Shown piece after piece: positions 36,720-48,229 of a stretch of 64,000 bases of DNA. Below the pieces are notes generated by a model that saw nothing but the letters and a program-made list of their open reading frames with translations, ran no database searches and had not been told where the DNA came from. Where the stretch lies: NCBI RefSeq assembly GCF_013315695.1, contig NZ_CP054353.1; one strand, written 5' to 3'. Every line of letters starts with the position of its first letter. The first letter of the stretch is position 1. The position numbers were made by a program, and so were the translations under genes. The DNA is from Escherichia coli (GTDB lineage Bacteria; Pseudomonadota; Gammaproteobacteria; Enterobacterales; Enterobacteriaceae).

Positions 36720-37871
36720 TTAATGCCAGCAAAAATGGTGAATCACCTGGGTGATCAGTTCGCGGGTGGGCTTGATAAACCGTGTTTCCAGATATTCATC
36801 AGGTTGATGAGCCTGATTAATTGAGCCAGGGCCCAGAACCAGCGTCGGGCATAACGTTTGAATAAACGGCGCTTCGGTACAGTAATTCACCACTTCGGTC
36901 TTTGCTCCTAGCAATTTCTCAACTACTTCAACCAGTTGATGATTTGGCGGGCATTCATAGCCAGGGATCGGCGGATGCAGCTCGTCGACCGTCAGACGAC
37001 CCGGCCAGCGTTCGCTCACCGGAGCCAGCGCATCGTTGAGTAGGCCATTAAGTTCATTGAGTGTCATGCCCGGCAGCGGACGAATATCCATATGCAACTC
37101 ACAGCAAGCACAAATACGGTTAGAAGCGTCGCCACCGTGAATATGCCCGAGGTTGAGCGTGGGGTATGGCACGGTAAACGCTTCATAGTGATAGCGTTCT
37201 TTCAGGTTATCGCGCAATTGCAAAATATGCCCGATGGCGTCGTGCATCAGTTCGATAGCGTTAACTCCGCGTGCTGGATCGCTGGAGTGGCCCGACTGGC
37301 CCATAATTCGAATGGCATTTGAGATGTGACCTTTATGCGCGCGTACCGGTTGCAGCGACGTTGGCTCGCCAATGATGGCGCAATCCGGGCGCAGGGCGGT
37401 AGTTTCGGCAAAATAACGCGCTCCGGCCATACTGGTTTCTTCATCGGCAGTCGCCAGAATGTAGAGCGGTTTTGCAAGCTTCGTGACGTCGACATCGCGT
37501 AGCGCATCAAGGATAAACGCAAAAAAGCCTTTCATGTCGGCGGTGCCTAAGCCGTAAAGCTTGCCGTCATGCTCCGTCAGTGTAAACGGATCGCGCGTCC
37601 AGCGTCCGTCATCAAATGGCACCGTATCGGTATGCCCCGCCAGCAACAAACCGCCAGCCCCCTGTCCGGTACTTGCCAGCATATTAAATTTGTTGCGAGT
37701 TCCTGGCACAGGCTGCACTTCCACATTGAAGCCTAAATCTTTAAACCAGTCCGCCAGCAGAGTGATTAAATCTGCATTGCTTTGATCGAGTGCCTCTTCC
37801 GTGGCGCTTATTGAAGGTGTGGCAATCAGAGCACGGTAAATCTCGATAAATGGCGGTAATTTGTTTTTCAT
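36720..37871 (-). CDS. argE: Acetylornithine deacetylase
   Basis: ORF 36720..37910; start trimmed to [22 protein letters not shown] giving 383 aa; M20 peptidase family. Confidence 0.92.
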   Translation of the reverse strand: MKNKLPPFIEIYRALIATPSISATEEALDQSNADLITLLADWFKDLGFNVEVQPVPGTRNKFNMLASTGQGAGGLLLAGHTDTVPFDDGRWTRDPFTLTEHDGKLYGLGTADMKGFFAFILDALRDVDVTKLAKPLYILATADEETSMAGARYFAETTALRPDCAIIGEPTSLQPVRAHKGHISNAIRIMGQSGHSSDPARGVNAIELMHDAIGHILQLRDNLKERYHYEAFTVPYPTLNLGHIHGGDASNRICACCELHMDIRPLPGMTLNELNGLLNDALAPVSERWPGRLTVDELHPPIPGYECPPNHQLVEVVEKLLGAKTEVVNYCTEAPFIQTLCPTLVLGPGSINQAHQPDEYLETRFIKPTRELITQVIHHFCWH

Positions 37872-37894
37872 TGTTGACACACCTCTGGTCATGA

Positions 37895-37936
37895 TAGTAT
37901 CAATATTCATGCAGTATTTATGAATAAAAATACACT
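37895..37936. promoter_or_regulatory. ARG boxes (ArgR operator) in the argE / argCBH divergent control region
   Basis: gtatcaatattcatgcag and tatttatgaataaaaatacac match the ARG-box consensus (TNTGAATWWWWATTCANW). Confidence 0.7.
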
Positions 37937-38024
37937 AACGTTGAGCGTAATAAAACCCACCAGCCGTAAGGTGAATGTTTTACGTTTAACCTGGCAACCA
38001 GACATAAGAAGGTGAATAGCCCCG

Positions 38025-39029
38025 ATGTTGAATACGCTGATTGTGGGTGCCAGCGGCTACGCTGGCGCAGAGCTAGTGACCTATGTAAATCGCCATCCGC
38101 ATATGAACATAACCGCTTTGACTGTTTCAGCGCAAAGCAATGATGCGGGAAAGTTAATCTCCGATTTGCATCCGCAGCTAAAAGGCATCGTTGATCTGCC
38201 GTTGCAGCCGATGTCGGATATCAGCGAGTTTAGCCCAGGGGTGGACGTGGTGTTTCTCGCCACCGCCCATGAAGTTAGCCACGATTTAGCGCCGCAATTT
38301 CTTGAAGCCGGCTGCGTGGTGTTCGACCTTTCCGGCGCGTTTCGTGTTAACGACGCCGCCTTCTATGAAAAATATTACGGCTTTACCCATCAATACCCGG
38401 AACTGCTGGAACAGGCAGCCTACGGTCTGGCGGAGTGGTGCGGTAATAAATTAAAAGAAGCGAACTTGATTGCGGTGCCAGGCTGTTATCCGACGGCAGC
38501 ACAGCTGGCGCTGAAACCGTTGATTGATGCCGATCTTCTTGACCTCATTCAGTGGCCGGTGATCAACGCTACCAGCGGCGTGAGCGGTGCAGGACGTAAA
38601 GCAGCGATTTCAAATAGTTTTTGTGAAGTTAGCCTGCAACCGTATGGCGTCTTTACCCATCGCCATCAACCAGAGATCGCCACACACCTCGGTGCTGACG
38701 TTATCTTCACCCCGCATCTGGGCAATTTCCCGCGCGGCATTCTCGAAACCATTACCTGCCGCCTGAAATCGGGTGTGACCCAGGCGCAAGTCGCGCAAGT
38801 GTTACAGCAGGCGTATGCCCATAAACCGCTGGTGCGGCTGTATGACAAAGGCGTTCCGGCGCTGAAAAATGTCGTTGGGCTGCCATTTTGCGATATCGGG
38901 TTTGCCGTTCAGGGCGAGCATCTGATTATTGTGGCGACCGAAGACAACTTACTGAAAGGCGCGGCGGCACAAGCGGTACAGTGCGCCAATATTCGTTTCG
39001 GCTATGCGGAAACGCAGTCTCTTATTTAA
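38025..39029 (+). CDS. argC: N-acetyl-gamma-glutamyl-phosphate reductase
   Basis: 334-aa [36 protein letters not shown]; ArgC family. Confidence 0.93.
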   Translation: MLNTLIVGASGYAGAELVTYVNRHPHMNITALTVSAQSNDAGKLISDLHPQLKGIVDLPLQPMSDISEFSPGVDVVFLATAHEVSHDLAPQFLEAGCVVFDLSGAFRVNDAAFYEKYYGFTHQYPELLEQAAYGLAEWCGNKLKEANLIAVPGCYPTAAQLALKPLIDADLLDLIQWPVINATSGVSGAGRKAAISNSFCEVSLQPYGVFTHRHQPEIATHLGADVIFTPHLGNFPRGILETITCRLKSGVTQAQVAQVLQQAYAHKPLVRLYDKGVPALKNVVGLPFCDIGFAVQGEHLIIVATEDNLLKGAAAQAVQCANIRFGYAETQSLI

Positions 39030-39036
39030 GGGTGCA

Positions 39037-39813
39037 ATGATGAATCCATTAATTATCAAACTGGGCGGCGTACTGCTGGATAGTGAAGAGGCGCTGGAAC
39101 GTCTGTTTAGCGCCCTGGTGAATTATCGTGAGTCACATCAGCGTCCGCTGGTGATTGTCCACGGTGGCGGCTGCGTAGTGGATGAGTTGATGAAAGGGCT
39201 GAATCTGCCGGTGAAAAAGAAAAATGGCCTGCGGGTGACGCCAGCGGATCAGATAAACATTATCACCGGAGCACTGGCGGGAACGGCAAATAAAACCCTG
39301 CTGGCATGGGCGAAGAAACATCAGATTGCGTCCGTAGGTTTGTTTCTCGGTGACGGCGACAGCGTCAAAGTGACCCAGCTTGATGAAGAGTTAGGCCATG
39401 TTGGACTGGCGCAGCCAGGTTCGCCTAAGCTTATCAACTCCTTGCTGGAGAACGGTTATCTGCCGGTGGTCAGCTCCATTGGCGTAACAGACGAAGGGCA
39501 ACTGATGAACGTCAATGCCGATCAGGCGGCAACGGCGCTGGCGGCAACGCTGGGCGCGGATCTGATTTTGCTCTCCGACGTCAGCGGCATTCTCGACGGC
39601 AAAGGGCAACGTATTGCCGAAATGACCGCCGCGAAAGCAGAACAACTGATTGAGCAGGGCATTATTACTGACGGCATGATAGTGAAAGTGAACGCGGCGC
39701 TGGATGCTGCGCGCACGCTGGGCCGTCCGGTAGATATCGCCTCCTGGCGTCATGCGGAACAGCTTCCGGCACTGTTTAACGGTATGCCGATGGGTACGCG
39801 GATTTTAGCTTAA
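39037..39813 (+). CDS. argB: Acetylglutamate kinase
   Basis: ORF 39004..39813; start trimmed to [23 protein letters not shown] giving 258 aa. Confidence 0.92.
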   Translation: MMNPLIIKLGGVLLDSEEALERLFSALVNYRESHQRPLVIVHGGGCVVDELMKGLNLPVKKKNGLRVTPADQINIITGALAGTANKTLLAWAKKHQIASVGLFLGDGDSVKVTQLDEELGHVGLAQPGSPKLINSLLENGYLPVVSSIGVTDEGQLMNVNADQAATALAATLGADLILLSDVSGILDGKGQRIAEMTAAKAEQLIEQGIITDGMIVKVNAALDAARTLGRPVDIASWRHAEQLPALFNGMPMGTRILA

Positions 39814-39873
39814 GTTTTGTTAGCCGGAGGCGCAGCTTTCCGGCATTGAATTTCAAAATAAGGAAACAGAGTT

Positions 39874-41247
39874 ATGGCACTTTGGGGCGGGCGTTTTACC
39901 CAGGCAGCAGATCAACGGTTCAAACAATTCAACGACTCACTGCGCTTTGATTACCGTCTGGCGGAGCAGGATATTGTTGGCTCTGTGGCCTGGTCCAAAG
40001 CCCTGGTAACGGTCGGCGTGTTAACCGCAGAAGAGCAGGCGCAACTGGAAGAGGCGCTGAACGTGCTGCTGGAAGATGTTCGCGCCAGGCCACAACAAAT
40101 CCTTGAAAGCGACGCCGAAGATATCCATAGCTGGGTGGAAAGCAAACTGATCGACAAAGTGGGTCAGTTAGGCAAAAAGCTGCATACCGGGCGTAGCCGT
40201 AATGATCAGGTAGCGACTGACCTGAAACTGTGGTGCAAAGATACCGTTAGCGAGTTGCTGACGGCTAACCGGCAGTTACAATCCGCTCTGGTCGAGACCG
40301 CGCAGAACAATCAGGACGCGGTAATGCCAGGTTACACCCACCTGCAACGTGCTCAACCGGTGACGTTCGCGCACTGGTGCCTGGCTTACGTGGAGATGCT
40401 GGCGCGTGATGAAAGCCGCTTGCAGGATGCGCTTAAGCGTCTGGATGTCAGTCCGTTAGGCTGTGGCGCGCTGGCGGGAACGGCTTATGAAATCGACCGT
40501 GAACAGTTAGCTGGCTGGCTGGGCTTTGCTTCAGCGACCCGTAACAGTCTCGACAGCGTTTCTGACCGTGACCACGTGCTGGAACTGCTTTCTGCTGCCG
40601 CTATCGGCATGGTGCATCTGTCGCGTTTTGCTGAAGATCTGATTTTCTTTAACACCGGCGAAGCGGGGTTTGTGGAGCTTTCTGACCGTGTGACTTCCGG
40701 TTCATCATTAATGCCGCAGAAGAAAAACCCGGATGCGCTGGAGCTGATTCGCGGTAAATGCGGCCGGGTGCAGGGTGCGTTAACCGGCATGATGATGACG
40801 CTGAAAGGTTTGCCGCTGGCTTACAACAAAGATATGCAGGAAGACAAAGAAGGTCTGTTCGACGCGCTCGATACCTGGCTGGACTGCCTGCATATGGCGG
40901 CGCTGGTGCTGGATGGCATTCAGGTGAAACGTCCGCGTTGCCAGGAAGCGGCTCAGCAGGGTTACGCCAACGCCACTGAACTGGCGGATTACCTGGTGGC
41001 GAAAGGCGTACCGTTCCGCGAGGCGCACCATATTGTGGGTGAAGCGGTGGTGGAAGCCATTCGTCAGGGCAAACCGCTGGAAGATCTGCCGCTCAGTGAG
41101 TTGCAGAAATTCAGCCAGGTGATTGGCGAAGATGTCTATCCGATTCTGTCGCTACAATCGTGCCTCGACAAGCGTGCGGCAAAAGGCGGCGTCTCACCGC
41201 AGCAGGTGGCGCAGGCGATTGCTTTTGCGCAGGCTCGGTTAGAGTAA
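39874..41247 (+). CDS. argH: Argininosuccinate lyase
   Basis: 457-aa [26 protein letters not shown]; fumarate-lyase family. Confidence 0.95.
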   Translation: MALWGGRFTQAADQRFKQFNDSLRFDYRLAEQDIVGSVAWSKALVTVGVLTAEEQAQLEEALNVLLEDVRARPQQILESDAEDIHSWVESKLIDKVGQLGKKLHTGRSRNDQVATDLKLWCKDTVSELLTANRQLQSALVETAQNNQDAVMPGYTHLQRAQPVTFAHWCLAYVEMLARDESRLQDALKRLDVSPLGCGALAGTAYEIDREQLAGWLGFASATRNSLDSVSDRDHVLELLSAAAIGMVHLSRFAEDLIFFNTGEAGFVELSDRVTSGSSLMPQKKNPDALELIRGKCGRVQGALTGMMMTLKGLPLAYNKDMQEDKEGLFDALDTWLDCLHMAALVLDGIQVKRPRCQEAAQQGYANATELADYLVAKGVPFREAHHIVGEAVVEAIRQGKPLEDLPLSELQKFSQVIGEDVYPILSLQSCLDKRAAKGGVSPQQVAQAIAFAQARLE

Positions 41248-41259
41248 TTGGTTTATATT

Positions 41260-41280
41260 GCTCCCCTGAAAATGGGGAGC
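41260..41280 (+). terminator. Stem-loop after argH (weak terminator candidate)
   Basis: gctcccc-tgaaaat-ggggagc hairpin directly after the argH stop; no strong T-run. Confidence 0.35.
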
Positions 41281-41732
41281 TTACCACGCCTATAAAGTAG
41301 CGACACTACGTAGGCGGACTGCCTCAGGCAGAAATTTGTCAGCATTCTGGTGACCTTAAATTTAACGCCCAACCAGAACTATTATTTGTCATATTCCTTT
41401 TTATTCTTGCATCTTCTTTACCTTCACTCTCCCCATGAAAATCATATTTTCAATACATCAATCAATACATATTTTAATTAATTGAATATAATTAATTTCT
41501 ATTGCTGTGCTCATTTTTAATGATTAATGGAGTTTGTTATGTGATTATTTAACGTGTTGTTTTAACGATGATGGTTAATTATTCAGGTGGTTTTTGAGGG
41601 TGTTTTTTCTCCTCGGCGGAAATTTTTATTTTTAATGTGATCACGGTTGAATAATCGCTCCTTCTCTCTTGTATGGTAGTAGGCGTAAAATTAAGTTTGA
41701 AGCGTCTATTTACAACACAGGAGATTGCAATA

Positions 41733-42947
41733 ATGAAAATTATTGCTGCAGATGTTTTTGTTACTTGCCCAGGACGTAATTTCGTTACGCTTAAAATAAC
41801 CACTGCAAGCGGACTTTGTGGATTGGGAGATGCCACATTAAATGGTCGCGAATTGTCGGTCGCTTCTTATCTGAAAGATCATCTTTGTCCACAATTAATT
41901 GGCCGCGATGCCAGCCGTATCGAAGATATCTGGCAATTCTTTTATAAAGGTGCTTACTGGCGACGTGGCCCCGTCACGATGTCGGCCATTTCTGCCATTG
42001 ATATGGCGTTGTGGGATATCAAAGCCAAAGCGGCAAATATGCCATTGTATCAACTGCTTGGTGGTGCTTCTCGTGAAGGCGTGATGGTTTATTGCCACAC
42101 CACCGGGCGCACGATTGATGAAGTCCTTGAAGACTATGCAAAGCACCAGCAGATGGGCTTTAAGGCGATTCGTGTGCAGTGCGGTGTACCGGGTATGCAA
42201 ACCACTTATGGCCTGGCGAAGGGCAAAGGACTGGCGTATGAACCGGCAACCAAAGGCCTGTGGCCGGAAGAGCAGTTGTGGTCTTCAGAAAAGTATCTCG
42301 ATTTTACACCGAAGTTATTTGAAGCGGTGCGTAATAAGTTCGGTTTTAACGAACATCTGTTGCATGACATGCACCATCGCCTGACTCCTATCGAAGCGGC
42401 GCGCTTTGGGAAGAGCATTGAGGATTACCGCCTGTTCTGGATGGAAGATCCGACGCCTGCTGAGAACCAGGAATGTTTTCGTCTGATTCGCCAGCATACT
42501 GTGACGCCGATTGCGGTCGGTGAAGTGTTTAACAGTATCTGGGACTGCAAGCAGTTAATCGAAGAGCAGCTGATTGACTATATTCGCACGACGATTACCC
42601 ATGCAGGCGGCATAACCGGGATGCGACGGATTGCCGATTTTGCATCGCTTTATCAGGTACGTACCGGTTCGCATGGCCCTTCAGATTTATCGCCTGTTTG
42701 TCATGCGGCGGCGCTGCATTTTGACCTCTGGGTGCCAAACTTTGGCGTTCAGGAGTACATGGGCTATTCCGAACAAATGCTTGAAGTCTTCCCGCATAGC
42801 TGGCGCTTCGATGAAGGTTATATGCACCCAGGCGATGAACCGGGGCTGGGTATTTCTTTCGATGAGAAACTGGCGGCGAAATATCCGTATGACCCGGCGT
42901 ATCTCCCCGTCGCACGACTGGAAGATGGCACATTGTGGAACTGGTAA
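41733..42947 (+). CDS. Enolase-superfamily sugar-acid dehydratase, RspA/ManD-like (D-mannonate/altronate dehydratase family), accessory
   Basis: ORF 41673..42947; start at ATG 41733 with AGGAG RBS 9 nt upstream; 404 aa [24 protein letters not shown]... closely resembles RspA as I recall it. Confidence 0.8.
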   Translation: MKIIAADVFVTCPGRNFVTLKITTASGLCGLGDATLNGRELSVASYLKDHLCPQLIGRDASRIEDIWQFFYKGAYWRRGPVTMSAISAIDMALWDIKAKAANMPLYQLLGGASREGVMVYCHTTGRTIDEVLEDYAKHQQMGFKAIRVQCGVPGMQTTYGLAKGKGLAYEPATKGLWPEEQLWSSEKYLDFTPKLFEAVRNKFGFNEHLLHDMHHRLTPIEAARFGKSIEDYRLFWMEDPTPAENQECFRLIRQHTVTPIAVGEVFNSIWDCKQLIEEQLIDYIRTTITHAGGITGMRRIADFASLYQVRTGSHGPSDLSPVCHAAALHFDLWVPNFGVQEYMGYSEQMLEVFPHSWRFDEGYMHPGDEPGLGISFDEKLAAKYPYDPAYLPVARLEDGTLWNW

Positions 42948-43013
42948 TAACAGTTCGCTTAATTATTTTCTGAATAGTCATCAAATCGATTAATTCCGCT
43001 CAAGGAGCTAAAA

Positions 43014-44297
43014 ATGGACGTTGATGTGTCAACCAGTGTTGCGGGTAATAAACCGCAACGGATTCGTCGTATTCAGACAGTAACGCTGGTTTTATTATTT
43101 ATGGCGGGGATCGTTAATTTCCTCGACCGTTCGTCATTGAGCGTGGCAGGCGAAGCGATTCGTGGCGAGTTAGGATTATCGGCGACAGAATTTGGCGTTT
43201 TGCTTTCTGCATTTTCTCTGTCTTATGGTTTTTCACAACTCCCTTCCGGTATTTTGCTAGACCGCTTTGGCCCACGAATAGTTTTAGGCGCAGGCTTAAT
43301 ATTCTGGTCATTAATGCAGGCATTAACAGGAATGGTTAATTCTTTTAGCCACTTTATTTTAATGCGTATCGGTCTGGGTATTGGCGAAGCGCCATTTATG
43401 CCTGCGGGAGTAAAATCGATCACCGACTGGTATGCGCAAAAAGAACGCGGCACGGCGCTGGGGATTTTTAACTCATCTACCGTTATCGGTCAGGCTATTG
43501 CGCCTCCTGCTCTTGTATTGATGCAGCTGGCATGGGGCTGGCGGGCAATGTTCGTCATCATCGGCGTGGCGGGGATTCTGGTTGGGATCTGTTGGTACGC
43601 GTGGTATCGCAACCGGGCGCAGTTTGTCCTGACCGACGAAGAACGGACCTATCTCTCCGCGCCGGTTAAACCGCGTCCACAATTACAATTTAGCGAGTGG
43701 CTGGCGCTGTTTAAGCATCGGACAACCTGGGGGATGATTTTAGGTTTCTCTGGCGTCAATTATACCGGTTGGCTCTACATCGCGTGGTTACCCGGTTATT
43801 TACAAGCCGAGCAAGGCTTCAGTCTGGCGAAAACCGGTTGGGTGGCGGCGATTCCTTTCCTCGCGGCGGCGGTCGGGATGTGGGTTAACGGTATTGTTGT
43901 CGATCGGCTGGCGAAAAAAGGCTACGACCTGGCGAAGACGCGTAAAACGGCTATTGTCTGCGGTTTGATGATGTCGGCATTAGGCACGTTGCTGGTCGTG
44001 CAATCCTCCTCGCCAGCCCAGGCTGTAGCGTTTATCTCAATGGCGCTGTTCTGCGTGCATTTCGCGGGAACATCTGCATGGGGACTGGTGCAGGTGATGG
44101 TGTCAGAAACAAAAGTGGCTTCCATCGCCGGGATTCAAAACTTTGGCAGTTTTGTTTTTGCTTCCTTTGCTCCGATCGTAACCGGTTGGGTAGTGGATAC
44201 CACGCACTCGTTTAATATGGCGCTGGTTATCGCGGCCTGTGTGACGTTCACCGGGGCGCTGTGTTACTTCTTTATTGTCAAAGATCGGATTGAGTAA
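43014..44297 (+). CDS. MFS transporter, probable hexuronate/aldonate (anion:cation symporter-like) permease, accessory
   Basis: 427-aa ORF with AGGAG RBS; about 12 predicted TM segments; MFS signature region GLGIGEAPFMPAGVKSITDW; 66 bp downstream of the dehydratase. Confidence 0.75.
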   Translation: MDVDVSTSVAGNKPQRIRRIQTVTLVLLFMAGIVNFLDRSSLSVAGEAIRGELGLSATEFGVLLSAFSLSYGFSQLPSGILLDRFGPRIVLGAGLIFWSLMQALTGMVNSFSHFILMRIGLGIGEAPFMPAGVKSITDWYAQKERGTALGIFNSSTVIGQAIAPPALVLMQLAWGWRAMFVIIGVAGILVGICWYAWYRNRAQFVLTDEERTYLSAPVKPRPQLQFSEWLALFKHRTTWGMILGFSGVNYTGWLYIAWLPGYLQAEQGFSLAKTGWVAAIPFLAAAVGMWVNGIVVDRLAKKGYDLAKTRKTAIVCGLMMSALGTLLVVQSSSPAQAVAFISMALFCVHFAGTSAWGLVQVMVSETKVASIAGIQNFGSFVFASFAPIVTGWVVDTTHSFNMALVIAACVTFTGALCYFFIVKDRIE

Positions 44298-44336
44298 CTG
44301 TTACTATCAGGCTCTCTTGCTGTGGGCCTGTAGAAT

Positions 44337-44453
44337 AAAAAAAAGCGGATCCTGGAGATCCGCAAAAGTTCACGTTGGCTTTAGTTATTCGAGTTGAGAA
44401 ACTCTCGAAACGGGCAGTGACTTCAAGGGTTAAAAGAGGTGCCGCTCCGTTTC
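44337..44453 (-). ncRNA. oxyS: OxyS small regulatory RNA
   Basis: Minus strand reads GAAACGGAGCGGCACCUCUUUUAACCCUUGAAGUCACUGCCCGUUUCGAGAGUUUCUCAACUCGAAUAACUAAAGCCAACGUGAACUUUUGCGGAUCUCCAGGAUCCGCUUUUUUUU, matching the OxyS sequence I recall, divergent from oxyR and ending in a terminator hairpin plus U-run. Confidence 0.85.
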
Positions 44454-44548
44454 TGTGAGCAATTATCAGTCAGAATGCTTGATAGGGATAATCGTTCGTT
44501 GCTATGCTACCTATCGCCGCGAACTATCGTGGCAATGGAGGATGGATA

Positions 44549-45466
44549 ATGAATATTCGTGATCTTGAGTACCTGGTGGCATTGGCTGAACACCGCCATT
44601 TTCGGCGTGCGGCAGACTCCTGCCACGTTAGCCAGCCGACGCTTAGCGGGCAAATTCGTAAGCTGGAAGATGAGCTGGGCGTGATGTTACTGGAGCGGAC
44701 CAGCCGTAAAGTGTTGTTCACCCAGGCGGGAATGCTGCTGGTGGATCAGGCACGTACCGTGCTGCGTGAAGTGAAAGTTCTTAAAGAGATGGCAAGCCAG
44801 CAGGGCGAGACCATGTCCGGGCCGCTGCATATTGGTTTGATTCCCACGGTCGGGCCGTACCTGCTACCGCATATTATCCCGATGCTGCACCAGACCTTTC
44901 CAAAGCTGGAAATGTATCTGCATGAAGCACAGACCCACCAGTTACTGGCGCAACTGGACAGCGGCAAGCTCGATTGCGTGATCCTCGCGCTGGTGAAAGA
45001 GAGCGAAGCATTCATTGAAGTGCCGTTGTTTGATGAGCCAATGTTGCTGGCTATCTATGAAGATCACCCGTGGGCGAACCGCGAATGCGTACCGATGGCC
45101 GATCTGGCAGGAGAAAAACTGCTGATGCTGGAAGATGGTCACTGTTTGCGCGATCAGGCAATGGGGTTCTGTTTTGAAGCCGGGGCGGATGAAGATACAC
45201 ACTTCCGCGCGACCAGCCTGGAGACGCTGCGCAACATGGTGGCGGCAGGTAGCGGAATCACTTTACTGCCTGCGCTGGCTGTGCCGCCGGAACGCAAACG
45301 CGATGGGGTTGTTTATCTGCCGTGCATTAAGCCGGAACCACGCCGCACTATTGGCCTGGTTTATCGTCCTGGCTCACCACTGCGCAGCCGCTATGAGCAG
45401 CTGGCAGAGGCCATCCGCGCAAGAATGGATGGCCATTTCGATAAAGTGTTAAAACAGGCGGTTTAA
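44549..45466 (+). CDS. oxyR: LysR-family oxidative-stress regulator OxyR
   Basis: ORF 44504..45466; start trimmed to [40 protein letters not shown] giving 305 aa. Confidence 0.95.
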   Translation: MNIRDLEYLVALAEHRHFRRAADSCHVSQPTLSGQIRKLEDELGVMLLERTSRKVLFTQAGMLLVDQARTVLREVKVLKEMASQQGETMSGPLHIGLIPTVGPYLLPHIIPMLHQTFPKLEMYLHEAQTHQLLAQLDSGKLDCVILALVKESEAFIEVPLFDEPMLLAIYEDHPWANRECVPMADLAGEKLLMLEDGHCLRDQAMGFCFEAGADEDTHFRATSLETLRNMVAAGSGITLLPALAVPPERKRDGVVYLPCIKPEPRRTIGLVYRPGSPLRSRYEQLAEAIRARMDGHFDKVLKQAV

Positions 45467-46849
45467 GCCATTTAGCGCAGCTACCCGATAGGCTTCCGCC
45501 ATCGTCGGGTAGTTAAAGGTGGTGTTGACGAAGTACTCAATAGTGTTGCCGCCACCTTTCTGTTCCATAATCGCCTGACCGATATGAATAATTTCGGCAG
45601 CGCGCTCGCCAAAGCAGTGAATACCCAGAATCTCTTTTGTTTCCCGATGGAACAAAATTTTCAGCGTGCCCACGTTCATGCCGACGATTTGTGCACGTGC
45701 CAGATGTTTAAACTGGGCACGGCCCACTTCATATGGTACTTTCATCGCGGTCAGCTGCTGTTCGGTTTTGCCCACAGAGCTGATTTCCGGGATGGTGTAA
45801 ATACCGGTAGGGATATCTTCAATCAGATGAGCGGTGGCTTCACCTTTCACCAGCGCCTGCGCAGCAATGCGCCCCTGGTCATAGGCCGCTGATGCCAGGC
45901 TCGGATAACCAATCACGTCGCCCACCGCGTAAACGTGCGGCTGTGCGGTCTGATACATGCTGTTGACCTTCAGCTGTCCGCGACTGTCAGTTTCCAGCCC
46001 AATGTTCTGTAACGCCAGCGAATCAGTATTACCGGTGCGACCGTTGGCATAGAGCAGGCAGTCAGCTTTCAGTTTTTTACCCGACTTCAGATGCATGATC
46101 ACACCGTCGTCACAGCCTTCGATCTTCTCGTACTCTTCGTTGTGGCGAATCACTACGCCACTGTTCCAGAAGTGATAGGAGAGAGAATCTGACATCTCTT
46201 GATCGAGAAATGCCAGCAGCCGATCGCGGGTGTTGATCAGATCCACTTTTACATCCATACCGCGGAAGATCGACGCATATTCACAGCCGATCACTCCAGC
46301 ACCATAGATAAGTACATGGCGCGGTTCGTGGTGCATGCTAAGAATTGAGTCGCTGTCGTAAATGCGTGGATGGGTGAAATCAACATCTGTTGGATGATAT
46401 GGACGAGAGCCGCAGGCAATAACAAATTTTTCAGCGGTTAGTGTTTCAACGCTGCCGTCCGGGCAATCTAGCGCCAACGTATGCTCGTCAACAAAGCGAG
46501 CGTTTCCCTGCAATATTTCACAGTGATTACGTTCGTAAAATCCCTGACGCATGCGCGTTTGTTGATTAATCACGTTATCGGCATGGTTAAGGATATCGGC
46601 AAAAGAAGAGCGGAGCAGTCGCGAATGGTCGCTGTAAAGTGGGTTTTGATTAAATTCTATAATGCGGCTGACGGCGTGACGGAGAGCTTTCGACGGGATG
46701 GTGCCCCAGTGGGTGCAACCGCCGCCAACATTTTGATAACGCTCGATAACTGCGACGCGCGCACCTTGCTTAACCAGGCCCATTGCAGCGCCTTCGCCGC
46801 CGGGGCCGGAACCTATTACTATGGCATCGTAATCGTAGGAATGTGGCAT
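45449..46849 (-). CDS. sthA: Soluble pyridine nucleotide transhydrogenase
   Basis: 466-aa [28 protein letters not shown]; FAD/NAD disulfide oxidoreductase family; 3' end overlaps oxyR 3' end (convergent). Confidence 0.93.
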
Positions 46850-47183
46850 GGTAGGGCTTACCTGTTCTTATACATAAAAGCAACAGAATGGTAACATTTT
46901 ATCGCGGGTAAGCCAATTGATCCCCGTCATTTATCTGGCTATATCGTGAGCGGCCTTTGCTTTGTCTGTTTCTTACTTTTGACCTGAACGTTTTATTGGA
47001 TTTTTATCGACGATACTCTCCGTTTAAGCGGCAGGTTTCCGTTGTACGTAAAAGAACCGGCCAAAGAATTGCAGTAAATATGTTTTATTGCGTTACCGTT
47101 CATTCACAACACTGGAGCAATCCAGTATGTTCATTCTCTGGTATAGTGCCAGCAGTACTTTTGGCAAGGATTCAGACATCGTG

Positions 47184-47831
47184 ATGGGCGTAAGAGCGCA
47201 ACAAAAAGAAAAAACCCGCCGTTCGCTGGTGGAAGCCGCATTTAGCCAATTAAGTGCTGAACGCAGCTTCGCCAGCCTGAGTTTGCGTGAAGTGGCGCGT
47301 GAAGCGGGCATTGCTCCCACCTCTTTTTATCGGCATTTCCGCGACGTAGACGAACTGGGTCTGACCATGGTTGATGAGAGCGGTTTAATGCTACGCCAAC
47401 TCATGCGCCAGGCGCGTCAGCGTATCGCCAAAGGCGGGAGTGTGATCCGCACCTCGGTCTCCACATTTATGGAGTTCATCGGTAATAATCCTAACGCCTT
47501 CCGGTTATTATTGCGGGAACGCTCCGGCACCTCCGCTGCGTTTCGTGCCGCCGTTGCGCGTGAAATTCAGCACTTCATTGCGGAACTTGCGGACTATCTG
47601 GAACTCGAAAACCATATGCCGCGTGCGTTTACTGAAGCGCAAGCCGAAGCCATGGTGACGATTGTCTTCAGTGCGGGTGCCGAGGCGTTGGACGTCGGCG
47701 TTGAACAACGTCGGCAATTAGAAGAGCGACTGGTACTGCAACTGCGAATGATTTCGAAAGGGGCTTATTACTGGTATCGCCGTGAACAAGAGAAAACCGC
47801 AATTATTCCGGGAAATGTGAAGGACGAGTAA
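47184..47831 (+). CDS. fabR: TetR-family fatty-acid biosynthesis repressor FabR
   Basis: ORF 47088..47831; start placed at [23 protein letters not shown] giving 215 aa; an upstream ATG would give a longer N-terminus. Confidence 0.85.
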
Positions 47832-48190
47832 TGAAACAAGCAAATCAAGATAGAGGTACGCTGCTGCTGGCGCTGGTGGCTGGCTTATCGATTAATGGTA
47901 CTTTCGCAGCGCTGTTTAGCTCCATTGTGCCATTTTCTGTATTCCCGATTATTTCCCTGGTGCTGACAGTTTACTGCCTGCATCAACGTTATCTTAATCG
48001 CACTATGCCGGTAGGCTTGCCGGGGCTGGCTGCTGCTTGTTTTATTCTCGGCGTACTGCTGTACAGCACGGTAGTTCGTGCGGAATATCCGGATATCGGC
48101 TCTAACTTCTTCCCGGCAGTACTGTCCGTCATTATGGTGTTCTGGATTGGCGCGAAGATGCGTAACCGTAAGCAGGAAGTTGCTGAGTAA
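47831..48190 (+). CDS. yijD: Inner membrane protein YijD (DUF1422)
   Basis: 119-aa hydrophobic ORF whose ATG overlaps the fabR stop (taATG). Confidence 0.85.
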
Positions 48191-48229
48191 TCGGTATCAT
48201 GCCGGATGCTGGCGCATCCGGCATAGGTT

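Noticed and set aside
47088-47183. Longer FabR N-terminus ([19 protein letters not shown]...) starting at an upstream ATG
   Set aside because: The TetR HTH domain begins near [14 protein letters not shown] and the 215-aa form matches what I recall as the current FabR length; the upstream start is left as an alternative only.
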